A DNA stretch of 64,000 bases from the human T2T-CHM13v2.0 reference genome, Homo sapiens, in assembly GCF_009914755.1 (NCBI RefSeq), contig NC_060934.1. One strand, 5' to 3'. The notes beneath the pieces were generated by a model. That model was given only the letters and a program-made list of their open reading frames with translations. It did no database searches and was not told the DNA's origin. Both the position numbers and the translations under genes were made by a program. Below, piece by piece: positions 45,856 through 62,130 of the stretch (within the stretch, counting starts at the first letter, position 1; each line of letters begins with the position of its first letter).

Positions 45856-46151
45856 TTTTTTTTTTTTTTTTGAGACAGAGTCTCACTCTGTCACCCAGGC
45901 TGGAGTTCAGTGATGCCATCTTGACTCACTGCAACCTCCACCTCCTGAGTTCAAGCGATTCTCCTGCCTCAGCCTCCTGAGTAGCTGGGACTACAGGCGT
46001 GTGCCACCACACCAGCTAATTTTTTGTTGTTGTTGTTTTGTATTTTTAGTAGAGACAGGGTTTCATCGTGTTAGCCAGGATGGTCTCGATCTCCTAACCT
46101 TGTGATCCGCCCACCTCAGCCTCCCAAAGTGCTGGGATTACAGGTGTGAGC
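45856..46151 (-). mobile_element. Alu (AluSc-like)
   Basis: Reverse Alu consensus. Confidence 0.92.
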
Positions 46152-46154
46152 CTG

Positions 46155-46470
46155 AAATTTTTTTCTCATGGTTATGGAAGCTGAGAGTCCCGGATCAAGG
46201 TTCTGGCTGACTTGGTTTCTGGTGAGGGTACTCTTCCTGACTTGCAGACACCCCTTCCCGCCATGTCCTCCCATGGCCCTTCCTTGGTGTGTGCACACAA
46301 GAGAGAGAGGAAGCTCCCTGGTGTCTCCTTTTATAAGGTCACTAATCCAAGGAGATCAGGTCCCCACCCCAGGACCTCACTTAACTTTCATTACTTCCTA
46401 TGGGCCCTATCTCCAGTCACATTGTGGGGTTAGGGCTTCGACATAGGAATTTTGAGGGACACATTGAGTC
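46155..46470 (-). mobile_element. MLT1A/B-type MaLR LTR fragment
   Basis: ggtttctggtgagggtactcttcctgacttgcagac...ggttagggcttcgacataggaattttgaggg. Confidence 0.7.
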
Positions 46471-47811
46471 CCTAATGCCCTCCAAGAGCAGAGACCCTTT
46501 CTCTTGCACAGCAGCAGGCCCCGTCCTAGCATCCTCCCTGGTCATAGGCCCTCAGTGGGTGTTGATGGAACCCACAAGGCCTGTGTTGGCCTCATACACA
46601 CACTCCTCATCCTCTAAGCAGAGTCGGAGGCGTGTTCCGAGATGCCTGAGAGGGTTGGTAGGTACCCGGGAGAAGGGTTGGCATGAGGCTGAAGACAGCC
46701 CTGTGGGATACCTCCCCTGTGGTGGGGAAGCCAGGCACCTCCCATGGAGACAGTCTATCTCTCGCTGGCTGGAAATGCACACGGGCCTTTGGGGCAAGGA
46801 AGTCCATTGGTGTAGCTACCATTTTGAAAAGGCACAGAATCCACAGGAAAGGGGGGGTCTCCGTGTGGTGAAAATATGGCCCCTGGAGTCAGACCCCCAG
46901 CACATCCCCAGCATTTTCAGTGTGTTTGTTTATGGTGGTGTGAAAGGAGGGACTGTCCCCTTGAAAAGCAAGGCCAGGGGAGCTGCAGAGAGGCTGAGAC
47001 CTAGGCAGCAGTGGGGTCCCTTCCTAGGAGCCAGGAGGCATCCCTCCATCTCCTTAACCAGCCTCGGAGGAGCAGTTGCTTCAAAAGGTTGTAAAATGCT
47101 TATTAATCAGCTCTCCCTAGGGAAGCAGGTCAGCATCATTATCTGCATTAATAAATGACAAGTGAGGTTTCCAATGGCTGATTCACTTCCACAGCACAGC
47201 CGGGGCAGCAGTGGCCACAGAGGAGATGCCAGGAGTGCCACGTAGAGGAGCTCCCAAACCCCAGCGCCCAGTGAGGGCCACAGAAAGAACCCAGAGCATG
47301 CAGCCAGGAAACCTGGGCATTCGTCTGGGTTCCACCAACTCCCTGCACATCCTTGGGTGGGTTGCTCCACTTGCTCTTGAACGCTGTGGAACATTCCCTC
47401 TAGAACTTGGGGTTCCCATCTACGAAGCAGAAGAGGTTTGGATCAGAACTTTTCCCCTCTGACAGCTCACCTTCTCCTCTGGAGAATCTGCATGCAGGGA
47501 GTCTTCCTAGGGTGGACTGGGATGCCCTGAGGAACTCCAGCTCTCTGTCTTAGGTTCTGCACCCTGGGTGCAATGAGAGCTTTTTGGGTGAGCACTACTA
47601 GGTCAAGAAGGATTCAGGCCACTATATCAGGAAAAACACATCTCTACAAGGTGGTGGGAAAGTGGTGAAGCCTCTTGGGAAGAGGTGGGCAGTTATCTGG
47701 GATAGCTGGGGCAGCCCTGGGGCCTCCTCCAGCTTAGATGGGGCCTTCTGTAAACCATTTCTTGGGCCCTGGACACCAATTCTACAAGACATGGACTCTG
47801 CTCTGGATTTG

Positions 47812-48100
47812 AGGCTGGGCATGGTGGCTTACACCTGTAATCCCAGTGCTTTGGAAGCTGAGGCAGGAGGATCTCTTCAGGCCAGGAGTTTGAGACCAGC
47901 CTGGACAACATAGCAAGACTCCATCTCTACGAAAAAATTTAAAAGTTAGCTGCGGATGGTGGCACGTGCCTGTAATCCCAGCTACTGAGGAGGCTGAAGC
48001 AGGAGGATCGCTTGGGCCCAGGAATTCAAGGATGCAGTGAGATTGTGCCACTATACTCTAGCCTGGGCAACACAATGAGACCCCGTCTCTTAAAAAAAAA
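47812..48100 (+). mobile_element. Alu (AluJ-type)
   Basis: Full Alu; CTGGATTTG on both flanks. Confidence 0.92.
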
Positions 48101-48770
48101 AGGCTGGATTTGGATCTGAATTGAATCTGAATTGTGCCCCCAGCCACCAGCCTCGACTAATGTCGATCTTGGCCAGGCTGAACATCTCCTCTCCCCAGAT
48201 TCTTCATCTATATAATTGAAATAATAGTAGCTGCCTCCTGTGTTGCTGTGGGGGTTAAACGAGGTGAGAAGTGGAGAGCACTTAGTGTGGTCACAGACAC
48301 CTGGTGAGCTGCTGGTGATGCTTTTCACTTCCTCTACTCTTTTTTGACACCTCTGGTTTTTTCCTTTCACGTCAAGCTTTGGGTGGCTCTTGCCTTTCTC
48401 TAAGAGAAACACGGAGCAGCTGATAAATTTGGTCCCAGGAATGTTAACGCTCAAGATACCCTCCCAGGGGAATCTGTTACAAGGAAATATGACCCAAAAT
48501 CTAGAAAAGAGACAAAGATGATAACTGCATTGTTCAACAGGCCTGCCTGTGAGAATGTACCACTGTAACTTTGTTAGTTACTATTAATTAAAGGCACAGA
48601 CTCTGTGAGGTTACTTGTTAACTTATGGATTCCTGTCCGGCAGAAAAAAATAACCCCAAGTTGACTTTATCAGCTGGCAGGACATTCATGCCCACAAATC
48701 ACATGGGAATCCTGTTAAAATGCAGATTCTGATTCAATAGGCCTGGGGAGAGACCTAGACAATACAGTTC

Positions 48771-49128
<358 letters not shown>

Positions 49129-49559
49129 TGAGGTCCACACTTTGAGTAGCGAGGGCCTGGTCCACTAGGAATTCCCTTCTGAATCCTGGCAGGGGTTAAA
49201 ATAAGATCATATGGACAGGGCAATGCCTCATCAACAGCAGCAGTCTCATCCTGGTGGGCTTTCAGGCACAGTGGCAGGCTAAGGGACAGCACTGGGGACT
49301 GACTGTTCTCTCTTAGCTCATGTACACTGACTCCTGGCCACCCCACTTAGGAAAAGCCCCAGCCACAATACCATGGCTTGTGAGTGTCTGGAAAGACCAA
49401 AGTGAGGAAGACTTCCTGGTGTTTTTCAGTCCTTTGGAAGCAAACTCTGCTGGTGAGCACAGGTATTTAATATGGTACCTGAACTTGGGCTGGTAAGTGG
49501 ATATCACACGGCAGTTCTCTCACAAGCAGAGGCCCCCAAGCATCAGTGCATATCAACCA

Positions 49560-50160
49560 CCTGTCCATTCAGTCATTCAGTAAACATACATGTGTACCCA
49601 CTATGAGCCAGGCATCACTCCAGGTGCTGGAGACACAGCAGAGACTAAGAAGGACAAAGATCCTTCCTTCATAGGAATTTTATTCTAGCGAGAGTAGACA
49701 GACAAGAAGCCATAGATATAAGTAAATTATAGCGTATATTGGAGAAGCACTATAGATAAAGGAAAAGGTGAGCAGGTTAAGGGAGATAAAAGTGACAGAA
49801 GTGCAACGGGGCAGGCTGCAGTAGGGTGGTTAGGGTAGACCTCGATTTGAGTAGACTTGAAGGAAATAAGGGAGTTGGCCATGGGAATATCTTGGTGGGT
49901 GTGTGAGGGCTGTGGGGAGCAAATGCGAAGGCCCTGAGAAGTGAACACATGTGGGGTGTTGGAGGACCAGCTGGAAGCCAGTGTGTCTGGAGTACGAAAG
50001 AGACCACAGAAGTAACAGAGGGCGGGTGATTCCAGAACTCGAAGACCATGGTAAGGCCTGGGCTTTTATACTGAAATAAGTGGAGAGCCATGGCAGGGCT
50101 CGGAGCAGATGAGAGAGTTGGGATTTAGAAGGATCCTCTGCGTGCTGTGTGAAGGATGAA
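49560..50160 (-). mobile_element. L2 LINE fragment
   Basis: cattcagtcattcagtaaacat...ccactatgagccaggca L2 3' end. Confidence 0.7.
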
Positions 50161-51173
50161 TAGGGACCTTTTAAGGTGCAGAGGTATGAGTCCTATTCCA
50201 GAGTCTGGTTTAATGGGGCTCATATAGGTCTGGTAATCTACATTTGAGAAAGCTCCCGTGATTGGTTCTCTTGGAAATAGTCCATAGATGCAGCACCAGC
50301 CCTAGCACAGCGCCAGGTGGCCCATTCACAGTTTTCTATGCAAATGGTGCCAGTTACTGAGACTGCATTGTGAATGACACCCCCTGCAGTCATGCACTGG
50401 GGTAGTCCTGCAGAGTCCACCCTGGAGGGCACCCCAACTTAAGTGCTTCCCAGCTACAGGAAGCAGGGTTCCCAGGTGCTTCTGCTGGCATGAACTTGAA
50501 TGTACACACATAGGGTAGCAAGGGCTCCAGTTGGCTCCCAGCCAACGCCTTGAGTACTTCATCATCCTCAAAGGCCTGAGACAGAGCCTTTGTAGATTCC
50601 TGAACTATGAAGATGGAGGGAGCGGGGAACTGTCAATCTTCTCATCCTCTGTGGGACTAAATCTCCCATTGGCCAGATGAGCTCCAGGTATGTGTGGCAT
50701 GCAGATCTGCACGGCACTGAGAGAGGTGAGGTTCTTATCTGGGCACTAAAGGCTGTGCCCACACAGCCTTATGCCTAAGGGTGGGCACAAGCAGATGTGA
50801 GAGGAAACTCTCTGGAGTGTGAACTGGGCACCATGCTGATGCACTTACCTTTGTCACCTGTTCTTAACCCTATGGGATTAGGAAAGGTAGTGTTGGCACC
50901 CACTTTATAGATGAGGAAAGTAAAGCTTCAGAGAGGTCTTTTCACAGGAATGGGTTGGTAGAAGGACCGTGTCAGCTAAAGAAAGCAATCAACCACTTCA
51001 GTCCAAGCTGGCCTCCTGAGGGACCCGGGGCTCACAGCAAAAACCCGGAACTTGCAACCCAGTTTAAACCAACCCCAGCCCTGCTCCTTCCTAGTCACAT
51101 GCTAAGCCTGTTTCTTCATCCATAGAGTGGGCACCAAGAGGGGTGATGTTAACAATAAATGAGAAACACACTG

Positions 51174-51583
<410 letters not shown>

Positions 51584-51949
51584 TCAGGCATGGATCGAGC
51601 CTGCCTGGCCTGGAGACACAGTCAGAGCACGGCCTGGCTGCTCATGGGCTGGAGAGGTTTTCCTGCCCAGTTGCCTGAGTCACGCTCTTCCCCCAGGCCC
51701 GCCCTTCCTGCCCTTCACATCTGGTTCAGGGCTCTGCCGAGGCCTTCTGGGGCAGGTGCCAATTATCGCTCAGGAACTGCTGCTTGCTTCCCAGGGCTGG
51801 CTTTCTGTGAAGGGACGGGCACATCTCATGTGAAGAACAGACCCAAAGCGGGGCTCTGGGGTACAACATGGTATTTGGGTGAGACTACAATTAGAATCCT
51901 GTAGCCCCACACAGCTTCCCGTCCACATTATTCCTCCATCTTTTCCAGC

Positions 51950-52372
51950 ATAACAGTACTAGTCCTGGAAACTCTTGCCCAGGAAGAAAAAGTTGTAAAT
52001 AACTTTACTGTTCGTTCCAGGAGCTTTCTGAAGGAATCATTTAAAGCAACAGCAAACTGATCAACTCTTAATCGCATCAAAAGAGAGTTTACGCACCAAG
52101 ACTCTTTGAACCCTTTGCCTCAAAATCCCCCTTTGCTGTGTCCACCGATCCTAAACTATGTCCTGATCTTTACCCAATCCTAATCGAGGCTTCCTTCTCT
52201 GCATTGAAAGTCCCACCTAAAACCAAACTCCGAAATCTCTCATCACTTCCTGACTGTCTTCCCAAGTCTGACACGCTAGGAAAACTGTCAAGTTCGAGCA
52301 GGAAAAGTAGAATCAGCTTCTCCTGATTAACAGGTGGATCTGGTGATGTTTTCGGTGAGGCATCCTTCAACA
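51950..52372 (+). mobile_element. ERV1 LTR, MER34/MER39-like
   Basis: ctttacccaatcctaatc...gcattgaaag...ends ttcaaca. Confidence 0.4.
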
Positions 52373-52689
52373 GAAAACTATGCAGGTGGGAGTCCTCTCT
52401 CTGACCTCTGACCTTTGGGGTGGGGGAGGCCAGCGGCCTGAGTCCAGGCTAATCCACAGGGGGCAGTTATAAGTGATCACAGGGCCTTCAGGAGCTGAGA
52501 AATAGTGACCATATGAGTTCTGGAAATGCCCTTAGGGGTCTCCTGGTTTAGCCCCTTAGTTTTACAGACAGGAAACAGGGCCTGGAGAGGAAAAGAGATT
52601 TATCCAAATCACAAAGCTAGCTAGGATTGTTATAGGGATTAAATGAGTTAATAGCTATAATGCACTAAGACACTGCCTGGTACCCACTA

Positions 52690-53342
<653 letters not shown>

Positions 53343-53442
53343 TTAGAAACAATGGAGCATCTGGACTAAAACTCAAGGCAAACTTAAGCTGGCCTCTCAG
53401 ACTTAAAAAAAGCAAAACCTGACTTTAACATTGAACCCAGAG

Positions 53443-53622
53443 CAGTAGTTCTCTAACTTCAGCAGGCATCAGAACCACATGGAGTGCTTGTTAAGAGTGC
53501 TGGGCCCCATCCCCGAGTTTCAGATTCTGCACATCTAGGGTGGAGTCAACTATTCGCATTTCTAACTAACTTCCTGGTGCTGCGGATGCTGCTGGCCCAG
53601 AGATCCCTCTTTGAGAACCATG
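53443..53622. mobile_element. MER5A hAT MITE
   Basis: cagtagttctctaactt...ctttgagaaccatgg. Confidence 0.75.
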
Positions 53623-53964
53623 GACTCAGAGGAACAAATTACTAAGGGAATAATTTCTGGCACTGGTAAGAGAGAAATGTGGAGATAGTGGGTCTCTTCA
53701 TCCTTTCCCAGATACACAGTCTCCCCCTGATGTTTAGCCATCCTGCAGTAACGCAGCTGGGGGGCACGCACCAATTCTGCTTGGCTGCACCTGTGCCCAC
53801 CTGTGAATAATCCACGTTTCATCCCGTTCTAGCCTTCTTTACCTCGTGCTTTCAACAAGAGGGCACCCCTCTTGCATGTGGGCTGGTTTGACGCCCAGGC
53901 TATAGGAGGTCTGTACAGTGAGAATGAATCAAACACCAACCAGGCAGATGAAACCAATGCATTC

Positions 53965-53970
53965 TTTATT
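53965..53970 (-). terminator. LRRC20: LRRC20 poly(A) signal AATAAA
   Basis: AATAAA on -, followed ~25 nt later by GU-rich gttggtgtttg (53930-53940). Confidence 0.8.
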
Positions 53971-55221
53971 GCAGACTGAAGCTTAGGGGCTCACTCACTG
54001 TGAGCTCTGATTTGGGGGCATCTGTGGCTGCCCACACTTTCCAAGACAGACAAGGGCAAACTCTCCAAGCAGAGGAGAAAACAACTTCCAGAAGCTGCCC
54101 CTTCAAAGGCCTGAGGTGAGGACCTGGGGCAGCAGGCAGCTTGGCATGCAGGGGTTAACCAGAAAGGCCGGGTCTGGAGGGCTGGGCACACCTAACCCTC
54201 ATCTCCTGGTGACTGCAGGTCACACTCCCTTCTTCAGGAGTGCCATGCAGACTCTGGAACAATCTAACAGGCCAAGTGTCTCCCAGGGTGGGTTAGGGAG
54301 GAGGCTGAACACAGGCTCAGATCCCTGGAAGTGGCAGGGAGAGAACTGAGAGAAACTTCACCCTCTGCTCGGAGGACATCCCCAGCCTAGGTCCTTGCTT
54401 CTCAAACTCTAAAGTGCTTATAGGAATCAGCTGGGGGTCTTGCTAAAATGCAGGGTCTGAGTCGGGAGGTATAGGGTGAGGCCTAGACTCTGCATTCCTA
54501 ACAAGCTCCCAGGTGTCACTGCCGCTGCTGGTCCACAGACCACACTTTGAGTTGCAAGGCTCTGGTCATACATTGTGTTTGTGCACATCAGAGAAGGATG
54601 CCTCTTCTTCAACAAGGAGAAACCCCACTCCAGGGCACAAGGCAGGTGGGGCCAGCGCAGCCTGCACAGGACTTCAGCCCCCACTTGCCCCCAACACCCA
54701 CAGATGAACTCGGTAGCTCTGGACATCCTGTCTTGACCTCCTCATCCTGAAAACCCTTTGCCCAGAGTTTGACCAACCAGGCCTTGGGATACGAGCAGAA
54801 TGAACAGAGTCTCTTGAGATACTGAGCGCTCAGTGATGGCCCAACAATGGCCCGACCTATCAGTTCCTTCCCAAGAGACAAGAGACCTGGGCAGGGACGA
54901 GGGAACTGGGAGCATTCTGAGCAGGGATTACTGCTCTGAGCAGTGGTCTGAGCTCTCAACATCTTAGCCTTAGGAGTAGTAAAGTGGCCACTCGTCCACG
55001 GCACACAGGATTTGGACGGCCTGGCTTTGCCTCAAGCTCTGGGGCCTCAGGTGTCTCTGGAGATGCAAACAAAGATGCAGATCAGGTGGGGTCTGGGGCA
55101 CTGAGTTGGCTTGCTCCACAGATGAGGAGAAGGTGGGAGGTAGATACCTGAGGACCAAGCAGTCAAGGTTCTTCAAGCCACAGGCGTTCTCGGGAAGCAA
55201 GAGCCCCAGGCCCTCTCCTGG

Positions 55222-55314
55222 TAGGGGACCAACCATCCCCACTTGCTGGGTAATGTCCCAGTTTTAGCATTGAAAGTTCCATGTCCTGGGAAACCAGGAC
55301 AGCTGGTCACCCTG
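55222..55314. mobile_element. MER81-like hAT-Blackjack MITE
   Basis: taggggaccaaccatccc...ttttagcattgaaag...ggacagctggtcaccctg terminal inverted repeats. Confidence 0.75.
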
Positions 55315-56327
55315 TTGCCTGACCATACCCTAAGATGCCAGGTTGAGGGCCTCAGAAGAACCAGGTCATCAGGGCTTTGGGCGTTGGCCTGGGAGCTGGC
55401 TGGCTACAAATCCCGTGGTCCACATCGCCTTCTGCCCCCAGGAGGCCATGACAAGGCAGCCAGGCTGCTGCTGGACTGGACAGTGGTGAGGGTGGCCATC
55501 TAATCACTTTAGACAAGAGCTGCAGGTGTAACTGACTCTGCTGTTCTCTGGGCCACCTCTCCCGCAGCTCAGGAGTGATGCTAGAGGGACGGAGCACTCA
55601 GGACTTCCCACCCCGCCAATTTGTTAACTGTGGGGAATGACAGAGCTGACGTGACTTGCTCCCCATTCCCAGCCTGCTGGTCCTCGGGCTCCTACATGAA
55701 TGTTCTTGCCCTGCAGCAGTGCCAGCCCATATTCCCACCACAGCTCTCCCAGGACTCCTAGTTCAGGTTCCCACCAGTCCAGGGACCACAGGACTGAAGA
55801 CTGGGCCCTGCAGAGGGCCGCATCCAGGTCAGTTCTCAGGAAGCAATAAATAGATGGAGGTTGTCTTCTCTTCTCAGGGCAGCAACTGGCTCTCAGCACT
55901 AAAAACAAGGCCTCAAACCCGCAGGGGCTCAGAAAATACCTGGCAATGCCCACCTGTGCCTGCTGATCTGGAGGTAACTTGGAGGCACGTACTGCTTAAA
56001 AACCTCCAGGGAGCCCAAAGGAGGGAAAGGGTCCTGTTTTTTTCAAGTGACAAGGCTCAGAGAGGGCAGGAGATCTGCCTGAGTTTGCACAGCAGCTGTG
56101 AGTGCCGAGTCCAGGCTGCAGGCCCCACCTTGCCTCTTCCCTTGGGCATTCCAGAGCCCACTACTGCTGTAAGCTATCTATCCAGACCAGCTGCACCCCA
56201 CCCACCACGTGCTGCTCGGCCCACCCGCCCCCAGCCCCCAGGCTTGGCCTCCCATGGGCCTCCCTCCCTTCCAGGGTTCCAGGCCTGTGGCCTCTGTCCC
56301 TTGCTGGGTGGGCATGAGGAGGGTGGC

Positions 56328-56482
56328 CTAAGGTAGGGGGGCTCTTGCGCCTTCCGGAGACATGAGCATGTCAAACTTGATGAGCGGCGGGGCGATCACG
56401 CGCACCTCGGCGTTGAGTGGGTTGAAGCGGAGGTTGATGCTGCGCAAGGCTGGCATGGCGGCCAGCTTCTCCACGGGCACAT
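56328..56482 (-). CDS. LRRC20: LRRC20 last coding exon (DVPVEKLAAMPALRSINLRFNPL...ARAPLP*)
   Basis: TAG acceptor 56483-56485 after a pyrimidine tract; LRR motif LRSINLRFNPL; C-terminus recognised as LRRC20; upstream exons lie outside the window. Confidence 0.9.
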
Positions 56483-56714
56483 CTATTGGGGACAGAATGG
56501 ACAGGTTAGAGTGGTGGAGGCCAACCAGACAGAAAAGAAGGACAATGGGCCATGAGGACTCTGAGCACCTGATGGTGAGGGGCAGCTCTCCATTGCCCAC
56601 TGCACGTGGGCTCAGCTCCTGGTGCCCAGCCCTGTGCGAAGGGCCATCGGGCCCACCAGGATATAACAACCACATGGAGGAAAGCATCCTAAAAAATAAG
56701 AATCAACTGCTTCA

Positions 56715-58140
<1,426 letters not shown>

Positions 58141-59442
58141 CAAAGACTATTATGTGCATAAAGAATATTTTTGCCAAGAGAGAGGAAGTCGCATACAGTG
58201 GCCTATGGAAATTCTTCTTAACTATGGGAATGCCACTCTATCATGCCATCTGCTCCATCATACCCCTAAAGAGTCCCTAAAGAAGCAGACATGACTATCT
58301 TGGGTCTATCTAAGGGAGGTTAGTTACAGTTTGAATTTATCAGGACTCCTGATAATGTGCCCTACCTATATCACTGCTCCATAAGAGCTATCTGGGAAGT
58401 TCCAGACTATATTGGATCATCACTATGCTGGATCATCACTTAGAGATGGAATGTCCTCTGGAATCAAAACAAACATATCTCCTGTCCCAGCTCTAGTTTC
58501 CAAAATTTAACGTGTAGAATTTGGAAATCAAGTTTCAAGCTGTCATCCACCTAACTTACATAAGATACTAGGGCATTTTCCAACACTCATCAAAAATGCC
58601 ACAGTGTAATAAATATAAAGATAGTAGTGATCTATAATTAATTCCAGGTCCAATATTCTCAGTTATAACTGAAGACGCAGCACAGCCTAGTGTCATAGAC
58701 ATGAAATTTAAGACAGCCCTAAGCTGATGCCCCAGCTTTACCACCTAAAAATTTGTATTACTTCCCGTACCTTGTTTTCCTAATCTTGAAAATGGACATA
58801 ACTAATATTTCCTCAAACAGAATTAAATTGGGGAGCAACTGCTTAAAGGATATGGGGACTCCTTTGGGGTGACAGAAGTATTTTGGAATTAGATAGAGGT
58901 GATGATTGCACAACACTGTGAATGTCCTCAATGCCAATGAATTATACACTTTATGTGGTTAATTTAAGTGGTTAATTTTATGTTATGTGAATTTCGCCTC
59001 AGTTTTTTTTTTAAAGGACCAGAATAAGGCAGCAGCTATACTAACACTTGGTAACCTGTTATAGTTCCTCCCACCTAACCTTTAGGATCACTCAGACAAC
59101 ACTAGGACGCTTGCCCTCGACGCGTGCCCTGTGCAAGCTGAGGCTCCGGCTGCATCCGCTCTTCCCCGATCCAATTCCGTGAGCAGCCGGATCCCAGAAA
59201 ACCTCCCACCCTAGCACAGGACGGGGCCAGACCTCATCCCATGCAGTCCGACACAACCTCAGGCCGATAGTGATGGCAAGAGCCAGCTCCTGTCCTCTCC
59301 TAGGCACAAAATATTGCCCACGGTTGGGGGCTTTTTGTTTTTGTGGTTGTTTTGTGTTTAATTTTAGAACACACTAATGGATATTATACACATATTTTAC
59401 TTTAGGCAAATGGTACTGTGCTATATAGATATCAGGCCACTT

Positions 59443-59445
<3 letters not shown>

Positions 59446-59480
<35 letters not shown>
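59446..59480. repeat. (TA)n microsatellite
   Basis: ~17 TA units. Confidence 0.97.
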
Positions 59481-59483
<3 letters not shown>

Positions 59484-59509
59484 ACTAAGCACCAATAACA
59501 ATCTTTTTT

Positions 59510-60345
<836 letters not shown>

Positions 60346-60696
60346 GATGTATACCCAGATGTATGAGACCCCCACCCAGATAAAAATAGAAAACATTTCA
60401 AGAACCCCCAAAAGGGTTCCCTTGTGCCCCTTTCCAGTTTATACCCTCTGATCTTCTTCATCATTAATTTAGTCTATTCCTGAACTTCATATAAATGGAA
60501 CCACATAGCATGGGCCACGTTTTTATTCAAATGTCTTTAGGACTTTCAGTTTCAGAAGTCTTAAATTTTTTTACTCAGAAAAGTTGAATATTATTGTCTT
60601 AAGTCTCTTCCCCCCTCCTTTTTTCCTTTGGAAATAATTTCAAATGTATAAAATGTTGCAAAACTAAAAATAAAAACTAGCAAAAATACCAGATGA

Positions 60697-61014
<318 letters not shown>

Positions 61015-61029
61015 TAGATTCGCCAATTG

Positions 61030-62130
61030 TTATCATTTTATCCTATTTGCTCTATCATTTGTGCATGCATTTTCTGTCTCTCTCTCTCTCTCTCTCTCCC
61101 CCACCCCACACACACACACGCTTTTTTTCTGAATCATTTGAGTGTACCATACATACGTCATGGCCCTCAGTGTATATTTCCTAGGAATTGGGACATTCTC
61201 TTACATAACCACAGTGCAGTTAAGGGTTCCAGGTATTCACATTGATAGAATGTGTATCTAACCCATGGCCCACAGTTCAGTGTGGTCAGGTGCCCTAACA
61301 TCCTGTACAGCACTTCCCCCTCTAGTACCAGAGCCAGTCTGGAATCAAGGATTGCATTTACTTCTAACTCTTTGGGCCCCTTTGTCTTTTATGACATTGA
61401 TATTGGAGGAGTAGTGCACTGCCCCCTTCCCTTTTTAAAAGTTCCTCATTTTGTGTTTGTCTGGTGTTTCTTCACGATTCAACCGAGACTTCGCATCCTC
61501 AGCTGAAGACTGCACAGGTGCATGTCCTTCCTGGGGTATCACATCAGAGGCACACCAAATTCATTTCTATTGTTACTTTTGATCACTTGATCAATGTGTA
61601 ACTTGCTTTCTCCACTATATAATTACTATTGTGTGTTTTTTTTCTCCCTTGCATCTAACAAGAAGTCTGTGGGGACACATCTTAAGAGCGTGCAAATATC
61701 CTAAATGTTGGTTCTCACCAACATTTAGCATTCATCACCCTTAGACTTAGCATCCACTAAAGATTCTTACCTGACCTGATCTTTATGATGGCTGCAAAAT
61801 GATTTCCTAATGTCAACAGTCCTCAGTATTCTACTTCTCTTCCATGTATCTATTATCAATATAGACTCCTATGTTTCTAGTGATTTACAATTCATTATTG
61901 GACTTCATTATTCTGATGCTCAAATTGTCCAGATTTGACCACTGGGAGCCCCTTTGGCCTGGCTCCTGTATCTTTTGACATGGCTCCAGCACTTTTTGGA
62001 TGCACTGCCTGAATTTCTAGGAAGACACGTCTTGAGCCTTCCCTGTTCCCAGCCCTGGAATCAGCCACTTCTCCAAGAAGTCCTGGTTCCTTTCAATGGG
62101 GAAGAGTATTAGTGCCCAATAGTAAGTGTG
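61030..62130 (-). mobile_element. L1MC-type fragments with (CT)n(CA)n
   Basis: ggacattctcttacataaccacagt...ccctggaatcagccacttctccaag. Confidence 0.65.

Larger units (their letters stand above)
53945..56327 (-). other. LRRC20: LRRC20 3' UTR (~2.4 kb) containing MER5A (~54400-54560) and MER81 (55222-55314)
   Basis: Lies between the stop codon and the AATAAA/GU site. Confidence 0.75.

Noticed and set aside
46400-47158. 252-aa ORF between the two genes
   Set aside because: Starts within an MLT1 LTR, no recognisable domain or supporting exon structure
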